Shown here: piece by piece, positions 29,792 to 36,736 of the stretch
Layout of the letters: every line of letters begins with the position of its first letter
How positions within the stretch are numbered: the stretch's first letter is position 1
Origin: Dehalococcoidia bacterium
GTDB lineage: Bacteria; Chloroflexota; Dehalococcoidia; Bin125
Assembly: GCA_965242485.1 (NCBI GenBank)
Contig: CBDESM010000003.1
Location: forward strand, 1,357,362 to 1,421,361
DNA length: 64,000 nucleotides
Direction of reading: 5' to 3'
The notes under the pieces: generated by a model
Database searches by the model: none
What the model saw: the letters and a program-made list of their open reading frames with translations, nothing else
What the model was told of the DNA's origin: nothing
Program-made: the position numbers and the translations under genes

Positions 29792-30268
29792 ATGTCCGAA
29801 GGCCGAACCCATCACGAAGTCGCCGAAGCGACCGTCGCCTATCCCGCAACGGGACTTGCCGCTTTGCGCGAGCGGCTGGAGGAGTTCGACGGCTGGCTGA
29901 CGCCGGAGCAGCACCGGGTGATCGACGCGGAAGAGGACGGGGTGCCCGTGCTCTGCTTGCAGCTCTGGGTGCGCGATTACCAGGACATCGGGGCGCGCTG
30001 GGAGGCGCGCGACACGGGCGAGCCGCATCCGCCCACGCTCTACGCCTGGCTCAAGTTCCGCTCCCACCGCAAGGACAAGGCCTGGACCGATGCGGAGATC
30101 GAAGCGGCGCTGGCCGACCTGCACCAAGGCGCGCGCGAGATCAAGGACTCCGAGCCGCTCGAACGATCTCCCGATCCGCCGCCGCCCGGCTACGACGATT
30201 ACGACGTCGAGGATTGGTTCATGGACCTGAGATACGGTTTCACATGGCAGCGTCATCTGAAGTCGTGA
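29792..30268 (+). CDS. Hypothetical protein (copy 1 of a tandem duplicate), occupying the antitoxin position upstream of a PIN gene
   Basis: 158 aa, start MSEGRTHHEV. The start context ctggcNgcATGTCCGAAG is shared with copy 2. Tryptophan-rich, protein-like composition. Overlaps the VapC start by 25 nt. Confidence 0.5.
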   Translation: MSEGRTHHEVAEATVAYPATGLAALRERLEEFDGWLTPEQHRVIDAEEDGVPVLCLQLWVRDYQDIGARWEARDTGEPHPPTLYAWLKFRSHRKDKAWTDAEIEAALADLHQGAREIKDSEPLERSPDPPPPGYDDYDVEDWFMDLRYGFTWQRHLKS

Positions 30269-30684
30269 TCGAGCGCCTGCTCGACACCAACGCCGTGTCG
30301 AACTCCCTCAAACCCCGGATCGCGGCGGCGGTCGCTCCCTACCTGCAGACGCCCGGAGCCTCCGCGATCTCGTTCCAAACCGAGGGCGAGCTGGGCGTTT
30401 GGGCCTCATCGCCGACCATCCCTGCGGTCCACGCGCGGCAGATTCGCGCGTTCGTGCGCGATGCGCCGATTCTCTATGCGAATGAAGCGGTCGTCGCCCA
30501 CTACATCACGATCGTCCGTCGCCGGCGCAACGCGGGCCAGCCCGAAAACGTCAAGGACGCCTGGATCGCCGCTACCGCTCTCGCCTACGGCCTGCCCCTG
30601 ATCACCTTCGACCGCCACGGCTTCAACGACATTCCCGACCTCGATCTCACCCTGCTCCGCCTAGCCGGCCGGCTCCCTCGCTAA
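30244..30684 (+). CDS. vapC: PIN-domain ribonuclease, VapC-like toxin
   Basis: MAASSEVVIERLLDTNAVS...DAWIAATALAYGLPLITFDRHGFNDIPDLDL shows the conserved acidic residues of the PIN fold. Confidence 0.7.
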   Translation: MAASSEVVIERLLDTNAVSNSLKPRIAAAVAPYLQTPGASAISFQTEGELGVWASSPTIPAVHARQIRAFVRDAPILYANEAVVAHYITIVRRRRNAGQPENVKDAWIAATALAYGLPLITFDRHGFNDIPDLDLTLLRLAGRLPR

Positions 30685-30693
30685 TCTGGCTGC

Positions 30694-31185
30694 ATGTCCG
30701 AAGATCGAACCCGGCACGAGTCCACCGAAACCGCCCCGAGGCTTGCCGCGCTGCGCGAGCGGTTGGAGACGTTTGACGGCTGGCTGACGCCGGAGCAGCA
30801 CCGGGTGATCGACGCGGAGGAGGACGGGGTGCCCGTGCTCTGCTTGCAGCTCTGGGTGCGGGATTACCAGGACATCGGGGCGCGCTGGGAGGCGCGCGAT
30901 GCGGGCGAGCCGCATCCGCCCGCGCTCTACGCCTGGGTCAAGTTCCGTTCCCACCGCAAGGACAAGGCTTGGGCCGATGCGGAGATCGAAGCGGCGCTGT
31001 CCGACCTGCGCCAAGGCGCGCGCGAGATCAAGGACTCCGAGCCGCTCGGCAGGTCCCCCGACCCGCCGCCACCCGGTTACGAGGACGACTACGACGTCCA
31101 AGACTGGTTCATGGACCTGAGATACGGCTTCACATGGCAGCCGGCTGCGCCCGCCCGACTTGATCGGGCAGGGCGGATTGCCTGA
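30694..31185 (+). CDS. Hypothetical protein (copy 2 of the tandem duplicate, no PIN partner)
   Basis: 163 aa. About 93% identical at protein level to 29792..30268 over about 150 residues, with a different C-terminal tail. Confidence 0.5.
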   Translation: MSEDRTRHESTETAPRLAALRERLETFDGWLTPEQHRVIDAEEDGVPVLCLQLWVRDYQDIGARWEARDAGEPHPPALYAWVKFRSHRKDKAWADAEIEAALSDLRQGAREIKDSEPLGRSPDPPPPGYEDDYDVQDWFMDLRYGFTWQPAAPARLDRAGRIA

Positions 31186-31233
31186 AGCGCGGACGACGGG
31201 CCGCATTCGCAGCGCGAATGCGGCCCGCTTGGA

Positions 31234-32043
31234 TTAGCTGCCGGAGCCGGAGCCCGAACCGCTGCCGGACCCGGACCCACTGCCAGAGCCTGAACCGCTG
31301 CCCGAGCCAGATCCGCTACCGGAGCCGGAGCCCGAACCGGAGCCGCTGTCGCCGTCGGAAGTTGCGGGGGTGGCAACGGGCACTTGGCTGATGCCTTCGC
31401 CACGATGGGTGTCGAGCTGGCTGGACCAGTAGGTGATCCGGTAGGCGTTGGAGCTCACGGTCGTCCAAGTCTTCCCGTTTTCGGACGGGTAGACGATGTC
31501 CTCCTCGGGGATCGGCAGCGGGTCGCCGTTCCGCATGAACGGGGTCAGCGTGTGCGTGCAGACGTAGTCCTCGACCCGCGTCCACTCGTACCAAGTCTGC
31601 CGCCCGCCGCCGGCGTATGTGACTTCCTTCGTGCGCCCCGTCGGACGCCGGCTGTAGACGTGGTTGACCTCGCAGGTCATCGTCCTCTGGAATGACAGCT
31701 GCGGGTAGCGGCAGGTCTGTTCCGGATAGCCCTCCGGGTAGCCGGAGTACCTCGCGGCGCAAGCCGCGATCCGCGCCTCCTCCGCGGCTTGGGCGTCATC
31801 GTCGCCGCCCGAGCCTTCGCCTGATCCTTCACCTGATCCGTCGCCGGATCCTTCGCCCGAGCCTTCGCTTGAATCCTCGCTCGTCCCTGAGCCCGACCCG
31901 GAGCCTGAGTTGGAATCGTCCGACGGCGATTGGGCGCTCGCCGTCGCGGCCAGCGCGAAGACCGCGCCGACCGCCAGCAGGGCGCCGATCAGAAGCCGGC
32001 CGATCCATTCGCCTGATCCCCTGAGCCTGGTGAAGTCCAGCAT
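31234..32043 (-). CDS. Secreted protein with Gly/Ser-rich low-complexity segments and a C-terminal (GS)n tail
   Basis: Start MLDFTRLRGSGEWIGRLLIGALLAVGAVFALAATASA (signal peptide) with GAGGAG RBS. Lies 18-60 nt downstream of the RM gene on the same strand. The C-terminus is 25 x GS. Confidence 0.5.
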   Translation of the reverse strand: MLDFTRLRGSGEWIGRLLIGALLAVGAVFALAATASAQSPSDDSNSGSGSGSGTSEDSSEGSGEGSGDGSGEGSGEGSGGDDDAQAAEEARIAACAARYSGYPEGYPEQTCRYPQLSFQRTMTCEVNHVYSRRPTGRTKEVTYAGGGRQTWYEWTRVEDYVCTHTLTPFMRNGDPLPIPEEDIVYPSENGKTWTTVSSNAYRITYWSSQLDTHRGEGISQVPVATPATSDGDSGSGSGSGSGSGSGSGSGSGSGSGSGSGSGSGSGSGS

Positions 32044-32102
32044 CGATCTTCTCCTCGCGGTTTCCGGTGTAGTTTCACCATACACAACCTTCGCCGCGCA
32101 AC

Positions 32103-34937
32103 TTACTCACCCGGCTCCGTCAGCCGGCGGTTCGAGACCACGGGCTCCGAGGCCAGCATTCGCCGCAGCGGCGTCAGATCCGGCAGCCCCAGCACCTCCG
32201 CCAAGCCCGCATCCAGCCGTTCCCGCGCCGCGCAATCCGCCATCTCCGGCAAGGGCAGCAGCGTCTCCTCCGCCAATTCCTCGAACAGCGCCGCTAGCCG
32301 CTCCAGCTGCCCATCCGCCAGCTCGCGGACGTCGAGCACCGGCATTTCTTCCAAGTCGCCCTTCTTGAGGCTGACCCAGCCGCCTTCGGTTGTCGTTCGC
32401 GTGCCGAGCAGCGTGAGCAGTCCCAAACTGCTGTTCAGCCACAGCGCGAGGCCAAAATCATGCAGCTCTTCCGTGGTTTTGATCTCCCAGAAGACATTCG
32501 AGAGGACGTCCCGGTCGCATTTCATCGAAACCGTGCGGACGGTGTCCAAGCGCAACCGCTCCGCAACGAGCAGTCGCGCCGCCTTTTGCCAGAGATCCGT
32601 GGCGCTCTTCAATCTGCGTCCGGGTCGTGGTTTCGAGAGCGCTGCTAGATGTTTATTCGGTGCAACGCTCAGCGTTGTTCGTTCATTGGTGTCATGTCCG
32701 GCTACGAGCGGGTATGCCGTGTTGGTATCCGTATAGGTGAATCCGTCCAAGATGTCGCGGCGGTCCGGGCCGATGCTGCCGAGCTCGCCGAGCGGACAGA
32801 TTGGAAGCTCGGCTCTCGTCGACTGTCCTGGTACTTGGACCGTGCTACCGGCGAGCAGTGAGTGTGCTGCACGGGCGAGGTCGCCGCGCGAAAACTGCAC
32901 TCCGTCCCATTGTTCTCCCGTCGCGTCGCCTTGCGGCAGCGATATTGCTTCGCCGATGTGGCGGCCGTCGAGTTCGAGCAGGGCTGCGCCCGTTGCTTCG
33001 AGCTCGGCCGGGGGCGTCGCTCCGATCACGTCGGCGAGGCGGCCCGCGTCAAGCACGTTGTCGGGGTTTTCCCACAGATTCACGTAGGTCGTGCGCGACT
33101 CGCCTGTGTCCCCCTCCGCCCGTTTGGTCGCGATCAGCAGCGCTTCCGAGAGGTCGGTGCTGTCGGAGAAATTCCAGCGCTGCGGGTCGTGCGACGCGAT
33201 CACCATGTCCAAGCGGAAGTCGCGCTCGATCAGCGCCCGCGTCTGCTGCCACGAGCGGCCCGTGCAGACGGTCAGCGGCAGTACCAGCGCCAAGCGCCCC
33301 TCGCCGGCGCGGATTTTCGGCGTCACCGCGGCGACGAATGCAGCGCCGACGCCGGCTACGGCGGATGCGCCCTGCGACTTGAGCCGGGCCTTGATCTCGG
33401 ACTGGATTCGCGTCCGCTCCCTGTCCGGCAGGCTGCCGAAGAGCAGGCTCGAACGGGTGAACGGCGGGTTCATGATCGCCAAATCAAGCGGCGGCAGCAC
33501 CGCCGTATCAACTCCTTCTATTACCCCCCCCCCCCCCCCACTTATAGTATTCATCCCGCGTACCTTGGCGGGAGCAACGACCGCGACCGACTCGCCCGCG
33601 CCGAGCGGGTACTGCACGGCGGCCTCGCTCTGGCCGAGGAAATCGAGCGAGCCGAGCTTGACATCGTCGCTCGATGCTTCCAGCGGCATCACGTACAGGT
33701 TCATCCGGTCGAAGTGGATCGCCGGGTTCAGCATCGCCAAGCTGGTCGCCGCGAAGTGCACCGCCGAAAGCTGCACGTCGAACCCGTGCAGCGCCTGCTC
33801 GACCATCACCTTGTGCAGCGCGTCCTTCTTCTGCCCGCCCGCGGTCACGTGCCGCCGTTCCGCCTCCGACGCGACCGCCATCAGCAGCGTTCCGGTGCCG
33901 CAGGCGATGTCCGCGATGTTCAGCGAGGCCGGGAATTCGTGCTGCGCCCAATCCGTCTGCGGCGGCCACTGGTGGAAGACCAGCCGCGCCAGCATCGTCG
34001 CCGCCGGCACCGACGTGTAGTACGCCCCCGTGAATTTGGCGTCGGATAGCAGCGTGTGGAACAGCCGCCCCGACAAGTCGTGCCCCTCGACGTCGCGCGT
34101 CTGCCTGACCGCGTCGATCAGCGGGTCGATCACCGCGGCCTGCGCCGGCGCGGGCGCGTCGCAGAGGATGTCCAAGAGGTCCGCCGCCAGCTGGAAGACC
34201 GGCACGTAGTCGATCTCGTCGCAGATCGTGCGCCAAGCGTCGCGCAGCCCCGGCGCCCCGCGCTTGGCCGCCTCCGAAACCGTGGGCACCTGCGCGTGCG
34301 CGGCCGAGAGCCGCTCCTCGAAGGCGAGCGCGTTGAACAGCACCAGGCAGCCGATCCGCAGCGCCGCCGCCCGCTCCTTCTCCTTGTCCGACTCCGCGAT
34401 CGCGTCCGCGATCCGCTGCCCGATCCGCGCGTGCCGCGAGACTTCCTTGGCCGCCGTCTCCGTCGCGTAGCGCACCGCGCCGGCCGCCGCGGCCACGCGG
34501 TCGACGCCCTCGACGTGCAGGGGCAGCGCCCGCAGGAAATCGGCCAGCTGATGCGCGCTGCCGCTGCGCAGCTGCGGTTCCGGCTCGACCCGCTCCCGCG
34601 TGCTGTGCAGGTACCAGCTCAGATCCTCCGCCTCGGCTAGCGCCCGCCCCACGTCATCGGCCGTGTCCAGCCCCTGCGGATACAGCACCCCGATCCGCCC
34701 GATCGCGGCCGGGAACTCGCCGATTCGCTCCGCCAGCTGCGCGTCCAACTGCGCCCGTGCCCCCGCCCATTTGCACTCGACCAGCGCGAACTCGTCCCCC
34801 GCGAGCCGCTCGACGCGGATATCCGGCGCATCCCCGTCAAGCCGCTGCTCCGCCGCCGCCGCGATCCCCCGCGCCTTCAGCAACTCCCCCAGCAGCGTAT
34901 TCGCCGCCTCCTCCCGAGACCTCCATCGCCGCACCAT
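32103..34937 (-). CDS. Single-polypeptide nuclease + gamma-class N6-adenine DNA methyltransferase + C-terminal target-recognition region. Type IIL/IIG (MmeI-family-like) restriction-modification enzyme.
   Basis: 945 aa from ATG 34937 (MVRRWRS...). PD-(D/E)xK-like N-terminus (APDIRVERLAGDEFALVECKWAG). GAYYTS (the MmeI-type 'HYTS' motif X). Motif I IADIACGTGTLLMAV. Motif IV IMNPPF. A long C-terminal region. The listed ORF extends to a GTG at 35123 through a degenerate duplicated segment. Confidence 0.65.
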   Translation of the reverse strand: MVRRWRSREEAANTLLGELLKARGIAAAAEQRLDGDAPDIRVERLAGDEFALVECKWAGARAQLDAQLAERIGEFPAAIGRIGVLYPQGLDTADDVGRALAEAEDLSWYLHSTRERVEPEPQLRSGSAHQLADFLRALPLHVEGVDRVAAAAGAVRYATETAAKEVSRHARIGQRIADAIAESDKEKERAAALRIGCLVLFNALAFEERLSAAHAQVPTVSEAAKRGAPGLRDAWRTICDEIDYVPVFQLAADLLDILCDAPAPAQAAVIDPLIDAVRQTRDVEGHDLSGRLFHTLLSDAKFTGAYYTSVPAATMLARLVFHQWPPQTDWAQHEFPASLNIADIACGTGTLLMAVASEAERRHVTAGGQKKDALHKVMVEQALHGFDVQLSAVHFAATSLAMLNPAIHFDRMNLYVMPLEASSDDVKLGSLDFLGQSEAAVQYPLGAGESVAVVAPAKVRGMNTISGGGGGVIEGVDTAVLPPLDLAIMNPPFTRSSLLFGSLPDRERTRIQSEIKARLKSQGASAVAGVGAAFVAAVTPKIRAGEGRLALVLPLTVCTGRSWQQTRALIERDFRLDMVIASHDPQRWNFSDSTDLSEALLIATKRAEGDTGESRTTYVNLWENPDNVLDAGRLADVIGATPPAELEATGAALLELDGRHIGEAISLPQGDATGEQWDGVQFSRGDLARAAHSLLAGSTVQVPGQSTRAELPICPLGELGSIGPDRRDILDGFTYTDTNTAYPLVAGHDTNERTTLSVAPNKHLAALSKPRPGRRLKSATDLWQKAARLLVAERLRLDTVRTVSMKCDRDVLSNVFWEIKTTEELHDFGLALWLNSSLGLLTLLGTRTTTEGGWVSLKKGDLEEMPVLDVRELADGQLERLAALFEELAEETLLPLPEMADCAARERLDAGLAEVLGLPDLTPLRRMLASEPVVSNRRLTEPGE
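33524..33539. repeat. Homopolymeric C16 (G16 on the coding strand) inside the RM gene
   Basis: Read directly from the sequence: ttaCCCCCCCCCCCCCCCCactt. On the coding strand it encodes SGGGGGV in-frame, and it is flanked by unusually AT-rich codons. Confidence 0.9.
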
Positions 34938-34939
34938 GC

Positions 34940-35207
34940 CCCCATTGTCGCACAGCGCCCCGGCCGTCCCGTTTAACCGCGCGTGCCGCGAGATTTCCTT
35001 GGCCGCCGTCTCCGTCGCGTAGCGCACCGCGCCAGCGGCGGCCACGCGGTCGACGACCTCAATGTGCTGGGGCAGCGCCCGCCCCATATCCTCGGTCGTG
35101 TCCAGCCCCTGCGGATACAGCACCCTGATTTACCCGATCGCCGCCGGGAACGCGCCGATTCGCTCCGCCAACTGCGCCCGGGCCCCCGCCCATTTGCACT
35201 GGTGCGA
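34940..35207 (-). pseudogene. Degenerate duplicate of codons ~45–115 of the RM gene (contains an in-frame TAA)
   Basis: Minus-strand translation reads ...QCKWAGARAQLAERIGAFPAAIG*IRVLYPQGLDTTEDMGRALPQHIEVVDRVAAAGAVRYATETAAKEISRHAR. This is homologous to the RM gene segment KWAGARAQLDAQLAERIGEFPAAIGRIGVLYPQGLDTADD...SRHAR. About 90% DNA identity to 34420–34760. Confidence 0.4.
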
Positions 35208-35224
35208 TGGGTTATGCTAGATTG
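35195..35224 (+). promoter_or_regulatory. Candidate sigma70-like promoter (TTGCAC-N18-TAGATT) for the low-GC inserted gene
   Basis: It sits exactly at the junction between GC-rich repeat sequence and the low-GC insert, about 50 nt upstream of ATG 35275 (RBS GGAAGGGG). Confidence 0.2.
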
Positions 35225-35274
35225 AAAGCAACGGGGTGGCGAGTGTTGCTCCGAACACAGGAAGGGGCGGGGCG

Positions 35275-36141
35275 ATGCGCTGGGTACTTGTGGCTACAAT
35301 CGCGGTAATCGCAATTGCGCTGGTGGGAGCAATTCTATTTCTTTTTCAATCTGAGCAAGAGCAAGTCGAACCTCAGCCTACTCCACGCACATCCGTTGGG
35401 CGAACAGTCGTAGATGATGCGTATAATAATCCAGTTCCTGTGGATTTCAAGGATGGCAGCACAATTGACGTGCGTCCCGCAATTTTGATAACTGATAAAG
35501 ATGATTGGCGTTTGGCTGTGCAATTTAGACATAGATCAAGTCAACGGCAAAGTCAGCGCACCGTTCTTGGCAGAGTCAAGTCGTCGCAAATTGCTGAAAC
35601 GCGCATGGGCGATTGTTTTGCAAGCAAAGTTGTTCCTACGGGGGCAATAGTGCGCGACTCTGTATTGGCAGTGAAGGTCATCGCTTGTACGCACGATAAT
35701 GGCGATATTACACTTGGCATTCAAGGCTATCGCGCGAATGAACATGGCGATAAAGGCGAACGTTTCATCACCACACGTATTAAAAAAGAGCAACAACGTT
35801 CAGATATTTGGTTTAGTTCTACATTTACCAAAAATACTTACGATCTTATGCCGTGGCACTACACAGCACCACGAGCAGTGCCGACGTATCCTAGACAGTC
35901 TGATGTTCCGTCGTCCAGCCTTGAAGTTGATACAGGTGCTAGGTCGCGGGAAGTTTGTGATATTCACGGCGGGCGATGGACTGGGGGGCGATGCTTGAAA
36001 TATCACCAGCGCCCCATTGTTACGCAATCCGTAGAGTCTGCTTGCCGTGCCGTTTGGGGTGAGACGCAGCAATATTCAGAGTGTGTGTCTTTCTGTAAGT
36101 CAAATCCCACACTGCGGTCTCCAATGTGCGGGCGGCGCTGA
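35275..36141 (+). CDS. Hypothetical membrane-anchored protein encoded in a ~40% GC insert
   Basis: MRWVLVATIAVIAIALVGAILFLF (N-terminal TM) followed by a Cys-containing soluble domain. Composition strikingly different from the flanking ~70% GC DNA. No family recognised. Confidence 0.45.
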   Translation: MRWVLVATIAVIAIALVGAILFLFQSEQEQVEPQPTPRTSVGRTVVDDAYNNPVPVDFKDGSTIDVRPAILITDKDDWRLAVQFRHRSSQRQSQRTVLGRVKSSQIAETRMGDCFASKVVPTGAIVRDSVLAVKVIACTHDNGDITLGIQGYRANEHGDKGERFITTRIKKEQQRSDIWFSSTFTKNTYDLMPWHYTAPRAVPTYPRQSDVPSSSLEVDTGARSREVCDIHGGRWTGGRCLKYHQRPIVTQSVESACRAVWGETQQYSECVSFCKSNPTLRSPMCGRR

Positions 36142-36150
36142 TGTCCACCT

Positions 36151-36315
36151 TCACTCAACCAATGCGAACTTGCCTCTCGCCAGCCGCTCGACGCGGATAT
36201 CCGGCGCATCCCCGTCAAGCCGCTGCTCCGCCGCTGCCACGATCCCCCGCGCCTTCAGCAGCTCCCCCAGCAGCGTATTCGCCGCCTCCTCCCGAGACCT
36301 CCATCTCCGTGCCAT
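36151..36315 (-). pseudogene. Diverged 5' fragment (start codon + 54 codons) of an RM-gene copy
   Basis: Encodes MARRWRSREEAANTLLGELLKARGIVAAAEQRLDGDAPDIRVERLARGKFALVE*, versus MVRRWRSREEAANTLLGELLKARGIAAAAEQRLDGDAPDIRVERLAGDEFALVECK in the intact gene. Together with 34940–35207 it forms one split pseudo-copy of the first ~115 codons. Confidence 0.4.
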
Positions 36316-36339
36316 GCCCCCGATTGTCGCACAGCGCCG

Positions 36340-36420
36340 ATCTTCGCACTAGCTAACCTATGTTATATAAACTTGAAATTATACTCAATACTATTCTATA
36401 CCATTCTTTCGTCGCAATCA
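36340..36420 (-). promoter_or_regulatory. AT-rich putative promoter region upstream of the RM 5' fragment
   Basis: An ~80-nt AT-rich stretch in a 70% GC background. The minus strand reads ...tagtattgagTATAATttcaagtttatataacat..., about 50 nt before the fragment's ATG. Confidence 0.25.
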
Positions 36421-36662
36421 TCCTTCGCGCGTTGTTTCTTCCGCCTGCGGTCTTTCGCATAGAGAGCGCCCAGCCAGTAGGCTCCCGCCATCAAGAACGG
36501 CAGCGCCAGAATCGCGAACTCGACATCTAGTGCTCGGGCAGCGAAATAGAGGGCAATCCCTATTACCGAAAGCGGCAACGCGCGTTCCACGTAACGCGCT
36601 GCCAGCGATCCCTCGTCTATCCACGTCCGGAAGGTTCGGACGAACCCGCGCAAGCGCGTCAT
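36396..36662 (-). CDS. Small hypothetical membrane protein
   Basis: 88 aa with two hydrophobic helices (SVIGIALYFAARAL / FAILALPFLMAGAYWLGALYA). Confidence 0.35.
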   Translation of the reverse strand: MTRLRGFVRTFRTWIDEGSLAARYVERALPLSVIGIALYFAARALDVEFAILALPFLMAGAYWLGALYAKDRRRKKQRAKDDCDERMV

Positions 36663-36736
36663 GATCTCTCCGCTCTCGCCACGATCATTTCAATGGCACT
36701 CTGTTGCGTATTGCTCTCCGTCGCTGTTCAGCGTCC

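Noticed and set aside
31234-31330. (GS)25-encoding DNA as a slippage-prone microsatellite
   Set aside because: Codons are heterogeneous (ggagcc/ggaccc/ggttca/...), so there is no perfect short-unit DNA repeat. Phase or length variation is unlikely. It is treated as a protein low-complexity tail only.
33524-33539. Dismissing the C16 tract as pure sequencing artefact
   Set aside because: Not rejected outright. The tract is in-frame in the assembly, and homopolymers in RM genes are biologically meaningful. But it cannot be distinguished from a homopolymer length error without reads, so it is reported as a finding with that caveat.
34938-35123. N-terminal extension of the RM ORF to a GTG at 35123 (MLYPQGLD...)
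   Set aside because: The six-frame track uses GTG as a start here. The segment is a degenerate duplicate of downstream codons and is preceded by an in-frame TAA within the same repeat. ATG 34937 (MVRRWRS) matches the independent 5' fragment at 36315 and is the likelier start.
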